Shown here piece by piece: positions 10,341 to 19,879 of a stretch of DNA of 42,146 bases. The stretch comes from an uncultured Rhodocyclaceae bacterium. GTDB taxonomy: Bacteria; Pseudomonadota; Gammaproteobacteria; Burkholderiales; Ga0077523. The notes under the pieces are model-generated. The model was given only the letters and a program-made list of their open reading frames with translations, was not told the origin of the DNA and did no database searches. Within the stretch, counting starts at the first letter, position 1. The number at the start of each line of letters is the position of its first letter. The position numbers were made by a program, and so were the translations under genes. The stretch lies in NCBI GenBank assembly GCA_964641005.1, contig CAZXJW010000002.1:1-42146 (forward strand), in the 5' to 3' direction.

Positions 10341-11246
10341 ATGAAGACACTGATCCGCATCGCCCTCGCGGCATGCCTCGCGGCCGGCCTGCCGGCCCAT
10401 GCCACCCTCGAGGTGTTCGCCTGCTCGCCCGAGTGGGGTTCGCTGGTGAAGGAGATCGCCGGCGAGCGCGCCAGCGTGTACGTCGCCACCACCGCCACCC
10501 AGGACATCCACCGCATCCAGGCGCGGCCCAGCCTGATCGCCCGCGCGCGCATGGCCGACCTGGCCGTGTGCACCGGCGCCGAGCAGGAGGTGGGCTGGAT
10601 GCCCCTGGTGCGCAACCAGTCGGGCAACGACAAGATCCAGCTCGGCAGGCCTGGCTTCCTCGAGGTGGCCAACTACGTGCCGCGCATCGAGGTGCCCACG
10701 GTGATCGACCGCGCCATGGGCGACGTCCACCCGGTGGGCAACCCGCACATCCAGTGGGGACCGCGCCAGATCCAGCTCGGCGCCAACGAGCTCGCCAGGC
10801 GGCTGTCGCAGATCGACCCGGCCGGCGACGCCGAGTACAAGCGGCGGCTGGCCGACTTCACCGCCCGGTGGAGCGCGGCCACGGCACGCTGGCTCGAGAT
10901 GGGCGCGCCTCTCAAGGGCGTGGGCGTCATCCAGCACCACCGCAACTACTCCTACCTGTTCGAGTTCCTCGGCATGCGCCAGGTGGCCTCGCTGGAACCC
11001 AAGCCCGGTGTGGAGCCCACCTCCTCCCACCTCAACGACCTGGTGCAGCAGCAGCAGGCCGAGCCCGCCCGGCTGATCGTGCGCGCCTCCTATCACGCGC
11101 CCGCCGCCTCGGAGTGGCTGGCACAGCGCATCAAGGTCCCCGCCGTGATGCTGCCCGCCACCGTGGGCGGCACCGAGGCGTCCCGGGACCTGTTCGGGAT
11201 GTACGACGAGGCGATCCGCCGCATGCTGGCCGCGCTAGGATCGTGA
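10341..11246 (+). CDS. Periplasmic metal-binding protein, ZnuA/TroA (cluster 9) family, divergent
   Basis: The product has a signal peptide and His-containing ligand contexts (QDIHRIQARPS, HPVGNPHIQ). Its length and position ahead of the ATPase and permease fit a metal ABC importer. Confidence 0.75.
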   Translation: MKTLIRIALAACLAAGLPAHATLEVFACSPEWGSLVKEIAGERASVYVATTATQDIHRIQARPSLIARARMADLAVCTGAEQEVGWMPLVRNQSGNDKIQLGRPGFLEVANYVPRIEVPTVIDRAMGDVHPVGNPHIQWGPRQIQLGANELARRLSQIDPAGDAEYKRRLADFTARWSAATARWLEMGAPLKGVGVIQHHRNYSYLFEFLGMRQVASLEPKPGVEPTSSHLNDLVQQQQAEPARLIVRASYHAPAASEWLAQRIKVPAVMLPATVGGTEASRDLFGMYDEAIRRMLAALGS

Positions 11247-11250
11247 CGCC

Positions 11251-11823
11251 TTGCCCAGCGCCCCCCTCATCTCCCTGAATGCCGTCACGGCCGGCTACGA
11301 CCACCCCGTGGTGGGACCGGTCACGCTGGCCGTGCAACCGGGCGAGGTGGTGGCGCTGTGGGGCCCGAACGGATCGGGCAAGACCACGCTGCTGAACACG
11401 GTGGGCGGGAGCGCACGGGTGTTCTCCGGTGCCCTGGAGCGCAGTCCCGGGCTGAAGGTGGCGCACCAGCACCAGAATCCCCTGCCGCTGGACAACGTGC
11501 CGCTGTCGGGCCGGGAGCTGCTCGCGCTCACCCGGGCGGATCCCGCGAGCCTGCCGGAGCCCGCCCGTCCCCTGCTCGCGCGCCGCCTCTCCGAGCTCTC
11601 CGGCGGCCAGCTGCAGTTCCTGCAGGTCTGGGCGAGCCTCGCCTCGCCCGCCGCGCTGGTGCTCCTGGACGAGCCCACCAACAACGTCGACCCCGGCGGG
11701 GTGGCGCTGCTGGAGGCCGCGCTGAAGGCGCGCGATCCGGCGCGAGCCTTCCTGGTGGTGAGCCACGACCGCCGCTTCGTGGACGCGGTGTGCACGCGAA
11801 TGGTGGAGCTGCCGAAGCGATGA
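11251..11823 (+). CDS. ABC transporter ATP-binding protein (metal-importer type), minimal 190 aa
   Basis: Walker A (GPNGSGKTT), signature (LSGGQLQ), Walker B (LVLLDEPTNNVD) and H-loop (VVSHD) motifs are all present. The apparent start is TTG at 11251. Confidence 0.8.
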   Translation: MPSAPLISLNAVTAGYDHPVVGPVTLAVQPGEVVALWGPNGSGKTTLLNTVGGSARVFSGALERSPGLKVAHQHQNPLPLDNVPLSGRELLALTRADPASLPEPARPLLARRLSELSGGQLQFLQVWASLASPAALVLLDEPTNNVDPGGVALLEAALKARDPARAFLVVSHDRRFVDAVCTRMVELPKR

Positions 11824-12617
11824 GCGGCCTGGGCATCCACGACCCGCTGTTCCTGGTGCCCTTCTCCACCGGGCTGCTGCTCTCGGCGCTGCTGCCTCTG
11901 CTGGGCATGTACCTGCGGCTGCGCGAGGAGTGGCTGGCCGCGCTCGCCTTCGCGCAGCTGGCCGCGGCCGGCTCGCTGGCAGCGGCCATCCGCGAACTGC
12001 CCGTGCTGCTGGGCAGCTTCGGCGCGGCGGGCATCGCCGCTGCCGCCAAGTCCTGGCTGTCCCGCTCGGGCAACAACGGCTACGCGCTGCTGATGGTGGG
12101 CGCCTGGGGGGCGGCCATCCTGATGCTCGCCAACGCGCCCTTCGCCGACCATCTCGGCCACGCGCTGTTCGACGGCCAGATCTACTTCACCGGCACCGCA
12201 CACCTGTGGAGCGTGGCGGGCTTCGCCGTGGCGGCCCTGGCCACGCTGCGGTGGCTGTCGCGCAAGCTGCTGCTCGAGCGCATGTTCCCCGACTTCTTCC
12301 GCGCCAGCGGCCTGTCCCCGCAGCGCTACCACCTGCTGTTCGACCTGCTGGTGGCCGCGGGCATCGCCCTGGCCACCGCCACCATCGGCGTGATGGCCGC
12401 CTTCAGCCTCGTGTTCGTGCCCTCGATGGTGGCGTGGCAATGGGGCCGCAGCTGGAAGAGGGCGCTGGCGGTCTCGGTGGCCACCGGCGTGGCGAGCTAC
12501 GTGGCCGCCTTCGAGCTGGCGCTGCACTACGACCAGCCCTTCGGCCCGGTGCTGGTGCTGTGCATGGTGGCCGCGGCGGCCCTTTCCTGGGCGGCCGGAG
12601 GCCTGACCCGCCTCTGA
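11820..12617 (+). CDS. Metal ABC transporter permease (ZnuB-like)
   Basis: The ATG at 11820 overlaps the ATPase stop (ATGA). The 265-aa product is polytopic and hydrophobic. The upstream part of ORF 11358..12617 is shadow. Confidence 0.75.
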   Translation: MSGLGIHDPLFLVPFSTGLLLSALLPLLGMYLRLREEWLAALAFAQLAAAGSLAAAIRELPVLLGSFGAAGIAAAAKSWLSRSGNNGYALLMVGAWGAAILMLANAPFADHLGHALFDGQIYFTGTAHLWSVAGFAVAALATLRWLSRKLLLERMFPDFFRASGLSPQRYHLLFDLLVAAGIALATATIGVMAAFSLVFVPSMVAWQWGRSWKRALAVSVATGVASYVAAFELALHYDQPFGPVLVLCMVAAAALSWAAGGLTRL

Positions 12618-12732
12618 GCCGGCACGTCGCGCCGGATTCCTTGCAAAACAGCGGCTTGATCGCCGCTGCCCGGGCGGTTACCCTGTGCAATTGCTTCCAG
12701 GGCCCTGACGGGCCATCCCCGTCCACCGCACG

Positions 12733-13767
12733 ATGAATGCCTCCAGCATGGAAGTCTCCGAGATCCGGGGACGCCTGCACCCCGCAGTGGAGAGTGCCGC
12801 CATGCGCTTCGCCGCCGGTTATCCGGCCGAGGCGCGGCGCGTGCTCGAGGAGGCGGTGGCGGCCCGCACCACCGACCGCCGCCCCTGGCTGATGCTGCTC
12901 GACCTGCTGCGCCTCGAGGGCCGCTGGAGCGACTACGAGTCCCGGCTGCGACAGTACGCCGCCGCCTTCGGCGACGACCCGCCCCACGAGCGCGAGCGCA
13001 AGCGGCGCGAATCGGGGCTGCCCGAGGCGCTGCGCGCCGGCGGCGCGGCCTGCATCGCCCTGGCGGGCGTGCTCGACAGCACGGTCGTCCCCCACATCGC
13101 CCGGCTGCGGGCGGCGGCAGCGCGTCACACGCTGGTGCACCTGGACGTGGCACGGCTGTCGGGCGTGGAGGTGGCCGGCGTGCGGCTGCTGCACGAAACC
13201 CTCGCGGAGCTGCTTTCGGCCGGCAATGGCGTGATCCTTTCCGGGCACGAGAACCTGCAGCGGCTGCTGCGCGGCGCGCTCGAGATCGAGCCGACCCGGC
13301 GCGCCTGCTGGGACCTGCTGCTGACGGTGCACCGCGTCACCGACGACCAGTCGGGCTTCGAGCGTGCCGCACTCGAAGCCGCGCTCGCCACCGACATGCC
13401 CGCGCCCGCCTGGGAGCCGCTGCTCATGCCCCAGGCGCCCCAGTCCTCCCTGTCCGACGAGCGGCGCAACGAGCCGCGCTATTCCGGGCGCGAGGCGCTG
13501 GTGCTGACGGGCGTGATGGCCGGTGCCGAGGACCCGCAGCTCGCCGCGCTCGACCGCTTCGCCAGCGAGCGAGACTACGTGAACGTGGACCTCTCGCTGC
13601 TCGAGCGGCTCGACTTCGTCTGCGCGGCCCAGCTCGCCAACCGCGTCTCCGCCATGGCACGCGCGGGTCGCACCGTGCGGCTGCTGCGTCCCAACGAACT
13701 GGTGGCGGCCCTGCTCGAACTCCTCAACCTCGGCGGCGTGGCCTCCATCGTCACCCTGCCGGCCTGA
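12733..13767 (+). CDS. Hypothetical protein with two tandem helical plus STAS-like modules
   Basis: The 344-aa ORF has high GC3. Its two halves are visibly related, for example [17 protein letters not shown]...VILSG versus [17 protein letters not shown]...VRLLRP. An alternative start lies at 12748. Confidence 0.55.
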   Translation: MNASSMEVSEIRGRLHPAVESAAMRFAAGYPAEARRVLEEAVAARTTDRRPWLMLLDLLRLEGRWSDYESRLRQYAAAFGDDPPHERERKRRESGLPEALRAGGAACIALAGVLDSTVVPHIARLRAAAARHTLVHLDVARLSGVEVAGVRLLHETLAELLSAGNGVILSGHENLQRLLRGALEIEPTRRACWDLLLTVHRVTDDQSGFERAALEAALATDMPAPAWEPLLMPQAPQSSLSDERRNEPRYSGREALVLTGVMAGAEDPQLAALDRFASERDYVNVDLSLLERLDFVCAAQLANRVSAMARAGRTVRLLRPNELVAALLELLNLGGVASIVTLPA

Positions 13768-13808
13768 GCCAGCCTCTCCCTCCCCGCGCGGCCCGCGCCG
13801 CGCCCGCC

Positions 13809-14348
13809 ATGAACACCGACTTCCACGGCACCACCATCGTCTCGGCCCGTCGAGGCACGCGCGTCGCCCTCGGCGGCGACGGCCAGGTCACGCTGGGCAA
13901 CATCGTCATCAAGGCCACCGCCCGCAAGGTGCGTCGCCTGCACCACGACCGCATCCTGGCCGGCTTCGCCGGCGGCACGGCGGACGCCTTCACGCTGTTC
14001 GAGCGCTTCGAGGCCAAGCTCGACAAGCACCAGGGCCACCTGGTGCGCTCGGCGGTGGAGCTGGCCAAGGACTGGCGCAGCGATCGCATCCTGCGCCGCC
14101 TCGAGGCCATGCTCGCGGTGGCCGACCGCGAGAGCTCGCTCATCATCACCGGCAACGGCGACGTGCTCGAGCCCGAGTTCGGGCTGGTGGCCATCGGCAG
14201 CGGCGGCGCCTATGCCCAGGCCGCTGCCCGGGCGCTGCTCGAGAACACCGAGCTCGCGCCGGCGGACATCGTGAAGAAGTCGCTCGCCATCGCCGGCGAC
14301 CTGTGCATCTACACCAACCAGTCGCACACCATCGAGACGCTCGAGTAG
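13809..14348 (+). CDS. hslV: ATP-dependent protease subunit HslV
   Basis: The sequence [12 protein letters not shown]...[10 protein letters not shown] matches the HslV family, with a short propeptide before the catalytic Thr as in betaproteobacterial HslV. Confidence 0.96.
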   Translation: MNTDFHGTTIVSARRGTRVALGGDGQVTLGNIVIKATARKVRRLHHDRILAGFAGGTADAFTLFERFEAKLDKHQGHLVRSAVELAKDWRSDRILRRLEAMLAVADRESSLIITGNGDVLEPEFGLVAIGSGGAYAQAAARALLENTELAPADIVKKSLAIAGDLCIYTNQSHTIETLE

Positions 14349-14383
14349 CACCTCCCGGCGCGAGTCCCGCGCCCCGCCAGGCC

Positions 14384-15712
<1,329 letters not shown>

Positions 15713-15787
15713 GACCCCGAAGCGCTGACGCACCAAAGCGGTGCGGTGACGGACGCCGCCGAGGCACCCGGATAGAATCGGCAGTCC

Positions 15788-18367
15788 GTGCAACCTTCCT
15801 GGCGAGCCATGGGCACCGGCACCACCTTCCTCCTCGAAGTCAATCCGCGCATCCCGCGCCGCCTCGCGCGGCTCGAGGAGCTCGCCGCCGACCTCTGGTA
15901 CAGCTGGGACCGGCCCACCCGGCAGCTGTTCTCCCGGCTGCACCCCAGCCTGTGGGACGCCGTGGGCCACAGTCCCAAGGCCTTCCTCAAGCGCGTGGAC
16001 GAGCAGCGCCTGCTCGAGGCCGCCGACGACCCGCTGTTCCTGAACAGCTTCAACCGCGTGCTGTCGGCCTTCGACAGCTACCGCGACGAGCCGCTGCGCC
16101 GCAACGGCTCGGAATGGCTGCGCCAGAACGACCTGGTGGCCTACTTCTGCGCGGAGTTCGGCTTCCACGAATCCATGCCCATCTACTCCGGGGGCCTGGG
16201 CATCCTCGCCGGCGACCACTGCAAGTCGGCCAGCGACATGCGCCTGCCCTTCGTGGGCGTGGGCCTGCTCTACCGGCAGGGCTACTTCCACCAGACCATC
16301 GACGCCGACGGCAACCAGCACGCCGTCTACACCGACTCCGACTTCGACGACCTGCCGGTGGAGCCGGTGAGCGGCCCCGACGGTGGCGAGGTGCTGGTGC
16401 CCGTGGACCTGCCGGGGCGGCGCGTGATGGTGAAGGTGTGGAGTGCGCAGGTCGGACACGTGAAGCTGGTGCTGCTCGACACCGACATCGAGGCCAATGC
16501 CGCCCACGATCGCGACATCACCTACCGCCTCTACGGCGGCGACCGCACCGACCGCATCGAGCAGGAGATCGTGCTGGGCATCGGCGGGGTGCGTGCGCTC
16601 GCCGCGCTCGGACTGAAGCCCAGCGCCTGGCACATCAACGAGGGCCACGCCGCCTTCCTGGTGCTCGAGCGCATGCGCGAGATGGTGGCCGGGGGCCTGC
16701 CCTTCGCCGCGGCGCTCGAGGCCGTGGCGGCGAACACGGTGTTCACCACCCACACCCCGGTCCCGGCGGGCCACGACCACTTCGCCGAGGACATGATGCG
16801 GTCCTACTTCGAGGGCTTCTGCCACGAACTGGGCATCGACTGCGAGCAGCTCCACGCCCTGGGCCGCATGGGGCCGGGCAGCGACTTCAACATGACCGCG
16901 CTGGCGGTGCGCGGCTCGCGATTCCAGAACGGCGTGTCACGCATCCACGGCGGCGTGTCATCGCGCATCCTGTCCGAGCTCTGGCCGCAGCTCGAGCCGG
17001 CCGAGAACCCGATGCAGTACGTCACCAACGGCGTGCACGTCACCACCTTCCTCGCCCAGGAGTGGGCCGACCAGTTCGACCGCTACCTGGGCTATGAGTG
17101 GTCGCAGCAGGTCACCAACGCGGCCTTCTGGGAACAGATCGACCAGATTCCCGATCACGTGTTCTGGAGCGTGCGCCAGTCGCTCAAGGCGCAGATGCTG
17201 CACCTGGTGCGCCACCGGGTGGCCCAGCAGCACTTCCGCAACAACGGCTCCGAGGCCCACCTCGACCGCCTGCTGCGCTTCACCGACCCCGCCAACCCGA
17301 ACACGCTGGTGGTCGGCTTCGCCCGCCGCTTCGCCACCTACAAGCGCGCCACGCTGCTGTTCCACGACCTGGACTGGCTGCGCCGCCTGGTGTGCGACGA
17401 GCAGCGCCCGGTGCTGTTCCTGTTCGCGGGCAAGGCACACCCCGCGGACGTGCCCGGCCAGGACCTGATCCGCCGCATCCACCAGATCGCCTGCATGCCC
17501 GAGTTCGAGGGCCGCATCCTGCTGCTGGAGAACTACGACCTGCGGCTGGCGCGGCGACTGGTGTCGGGGGTGGACGTGTGGCTCAACAACCCCGTCTACC
17601 CGCTCGAGGCGAGCGGCACTTCCGGCATGAAGGCGGGCATCAACGGCGTGCTCAACCTCTCGGTGCGCGACGGCTGGTGGGACGAGGGCTACGACGGTCG
17701 CAACGGCTGGGCCATCAAGCCGGTGTCCGAGTCGCTGGACGAGGGACGGCGCGCCGCCGAGGAGGCGCGCACCCTCTACGAACTGCTCCAGGACCACGTG
17801 ATCCCCACGTGGTTCGCGCGCAACGAGATGGGCCACTCGCCCGAGTGGGTTCGCATGGCCAAGCGCTCCATCGCCACGCTGCTGCCGCGCTACAGCTCCA
17901 CCCGGATGGTCAACGAATACGTCGGCCGCTTCTACCTGCCGGCCACGCGCCAGTGGCGGCGCTTCAGCGAGCAGGGCTTCGCAGGGGCTCGCGCCGTGGC
18001 CGACTGGAAGGCCCACGTGCGCGCCTGCTGGCAGAGCCTGCGCCTGCGCCGGCTGGACGCGGCCACCAAGCGCATCGCCTTCGGCGACGGCCTGCGGCTG
18101 GAGATCGCCGTGTACCTCGACGGCCTCGATCCCGCCGACGTGGCCGTGGAACTGGTGATGGCGCGCCACACCCACGTGGAACGCCATCGCCAGGGCACCA
18201 CCCATCGCTTCGAACCGGACGGCACCCGCACCGACCAGGGCGAGCATCGCTACGTGCTGGCACTCACCCCCGAGATGTGCGGCAAGCTCGAGTACCGCAT
18301 CCGCGCCTTCCCGACCCACGAACTGCTCACCCACCCGTTCGAGTTGGGGCTGATGCGCTGGCTTTGA
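15788..18367 (+). CDS. glgP: Alpha-glucan family phosphorylase (GT35, DUF3417 N-terminus)
   Basis: The PLP-lysine motif EASGTSGMKAGINGV is present, and N-terminal LWYSWD is typical of DUF3417-type phosphorylases. The start is either GTG at 15788 or ATG at 15809. Confidence 0.9.
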   Translation: MQPSWRAMGTGTTFLLEVNPRIPRRLARLEELAADLWYSWDRPTRQLFSRLHPSLWDAVGHSPKAFLKRVDEQRLLEAADDPLFLNSFNRVLSAFDSYRDEPLRRNGSEWLRQNDLVAYFCAEFGFHESMPIYSGGLGILAGDHCKSASDMRLPFVGVGLLYRQGYFHQTIDADGNQHAVYTDSDFDDLPVEPVSGPDGGEVLVPVDLPGRRVMVKVWSAQVGHVKLVLLDTDIEANAAHDRDITYRLYGGDRTDRIEQEIVLGIGGVRALAALGLKPSAWHINEGHAAFLVLERMREMVAGGLPFAAALEAVAANTVFTTHTPVPAGHDHFAEDMMRSYFEGFCHELGIDCEQLHALGRMGPGSDFNMTALAVRGSRFQNGVSRIHGGVSSRILSELWPQLEPAENPMQYVTNGVHVTTFLAQEWADQFDRYLGYEWSQQVTNAAFWEQIDQIPDHVFWSVRQSLKAQMLHLVRHRVAQQHFRNNGSEAHLDRLLRFTDPANPNTLVVGFARRFATYKRATLLFHDLDWLRRLVCDEQRPVLFLFAGKAHPADVPGQDLIRRIHQIACMPEFEGRILLLENYDLRLARRLVSGVDVWLNNPVYPLEASGTSGMKAGINGVLNLSVRDGWWDEGYDGRNGWAIKPVSESLDEGRRAAEEARTLYELLQDHVIPTWFARNEMGHSPEWVRMAKRSIATLLPRYSSTRMVNEYVGRFYLPATRQWRRFSEQGFAGARAVADWKAHVRACWQSLRLRRLDAATKRIAFGDGLRLEIAVYLDGLDPADVAVELVMARHTHVERHRQGTTHRFEPDGTRTDQGEHRYVLALTPEMCGKLEYRIRAFPTHELLTHPFELGLMRWL

Positions 18368-18404
18368 CCGCAGTGCGCGGGTTCGGCAGGGCAGGCCCCG
18401 CCGT

Positions 18405-19331
18405 TCAATAGCCGGCGGAACGATCCACCACCCCCCGCGGCGCCTCGCCCGCCTCGAGCCGCCGCAGGTTCTCGATCACCTGCGCGGCCGCCTCGTCGGC
18501 CAGGGTGACCCCGGCCACGTGGGGCGTGACAACCACGCGCGGGTGGCTCCAGAAGGCATGCCCCGGCGCCAGGGGCTCGTCCGCGAAGACGTCCAGCATC
18601 GCCCCGCCCACCTGGCCGCTGTCCAGGGCGGCGAGCAGGTCGGCCTCCACCACGTGGGCGCCGCGTGCCACGTTGACCAGGCATGCGCCGGGCTGGAGGC
18701 GGGCGAAGAACCGTGCGTCCAGCAGGCCGCGGGTTGCCGGCGTGAGGGGCAGGAAGTTCACCAGGATGCGCGCGCGCCGCTGCAGGGCCGCGAGCCCGTC
18801 CGCGCCGTCGAGGCAGTCCACGCCGGGGATGCGCCGAGGCGTGCGGCTCCAGCCGCACACCGGAAAGCCCGCGGCCGCCACCAGCCGCGCGGCCTCGCCG
18901 CCCAGCACGCCCAGGCCCAGAACGCCCACCACGCTGTCCTCCAGGCGATTGGGCTCGAGGATGCGCCACTGACGCTCGCGCTGCTGCTGCACGTACTCGG
19001 GCATGCGCCGGTGGAAATGCAGCACCCCGTAGAGCGCGTACTCCGCCATCTGGCGCGCGAGGCCGCCGTCCACCAGGCGCGCCACGGGCACGTCGGGCAG
19101 GTCCGGGTCTTCCAGCAGGGCGTCCACGCCCGCGCCCAGGGACAGGATGGCGCGCAGGTTGGGAAACTGCCGGTGCCAGCCGTTGGGCGGCTTCCAGACC
19201 AGCGTGTAGCGCACCTCGGCGGGTGGGCCGGTGTCGGGCCAGGCGTGGAAGGCCAGTCCGGGCACGGCGCGCGCGAGGACCTCGCGCCACGGACCGGGAT
19301 CATCGGTGCGGCTGTAGAAGACGATGCTCAT
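18405..19331 (-). CDS. D-2-hydroxyacid dehydrogenase family, glyoxylate/hydroxypyruvate reductase A-like
   Basis: The NAD fold motif GVLGLGVLG and the catalytic contexts NVARG...E and TPHVAG are present. The product is 308 aa. Confidence 0.85.
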   Translation of the reverse strand: MSIVFYSRTDDPGPWREVLARAVPGLAFHAWPDTGPPAEVRYTLVWKPPNGWHRQFPNLRAILSLGAGVDALLEDPDLPDVPVARLVDGGLARQMAEYALYGVLHFHRRMPEYVQQQRERQWRILEPNRLEDSVVGVLGLGVLGGEAARLVAAAGFPVCGWSRTPRRIPGVDCLDGADGLAALQRRARILVNFLPLTPATRGLLDARFFARLQPGACLVNVARGAHVVEADLLAALDSGQVGGAMLDVFADEPLAPGHAFWSHPRVVVTPHVAGVTLADEAAAQVIENLRRLEAGEAPRGVVDRSAGY

Positions 19332-19490
19332 GGATCGGGTGTGGTGACCGTTCCACGGGAGCGTACATTCGGGTGGCCGCCGCCGGAAGTGCGCGATTGC
19401 GGCGGTGCCCTGCGCCGTTTAACCTCGTCGCTCGTCCTCCGGCTCCGGCCGGCGAAACCCATCCATTCCCATGCCCCGAGGAGACCCCCC

Positions 19491-19859
19491 ATGGCCGGCA
19501 CCGGCAAGCTCTGCCTGAATCTCACCTGGTCCAGCAACGACACCGACAAGGCCACCGTGGCCTTCGTGGTGGCCAACGCCGCCGTCGCCTCGGCCCAGGA
19601 CACGCTGGTCTTCCTGTCCATCGAGGGCGTGCGCCTGTCCCAGAAGGGCTTCGCCGATTCCATCCACGAGGAAGGCTTCGCGCCCCTCAAGGAGCTCATG
19701 GACAACTTCGTCAAGGCGGGCGGCAAGATCTGGGTGTGCTCGCCGTGCTTCAAGAAGCGCAAGCTCGACGAGGCTGCGCTCATCGAAGGCGCCACCATCG
19801 TGGGGGGAGCAAAGCTGGTGGAGTTCCTCTCCGACGGCACGCCCTGCATCTCCTACTGA
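19491..19859 (+). CDS. DsrE/DsrF-like sulfur-relay family protein (DrsE_2/COG2210-like)
   Basis: The 122-aa product has a GAGGAG RBS at 19478-19483. Its alpha/beta pattern carries conserved Cys contexts (KIWVCSPCFKKR, and a C-terminal Cys in TPCISY). Confidence 0.7.
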   Translation: MAGTGKLCLNLTWSSNDTDKATVAFVVANAAVASAQDTLVFLSIEGVRLSQKGFADSIHEEGFAPLKELMDNFVKAGGKIWVCSPCFKKRKLDEAALIEGATIVGGAKLVEFLSDGTPCISY

Positions 19860-19879
19860 ACGACCGGGCAGGATCCTCC

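Noticed and set aside
8385-11096. 903-aa ORF on the minus strand spanning the small protein, barrel and ZnuA-like genes
   Set aside because: Its composition is R/A/G/H/V-rich with no recognisable motifs. It lies antisense to three ORFs with clear signal peptides and family features. It is a typical stop-codon-poor shadow frame of 70% GC DNA.
12649-12668. Hairpin CAGCGGC-TTGATC-GCCGCTG after the ZnuB-like permease gene
   Set aside because: The stem is 7 bp with no T-tract, so a terminator call is not supportable from sequence alone.
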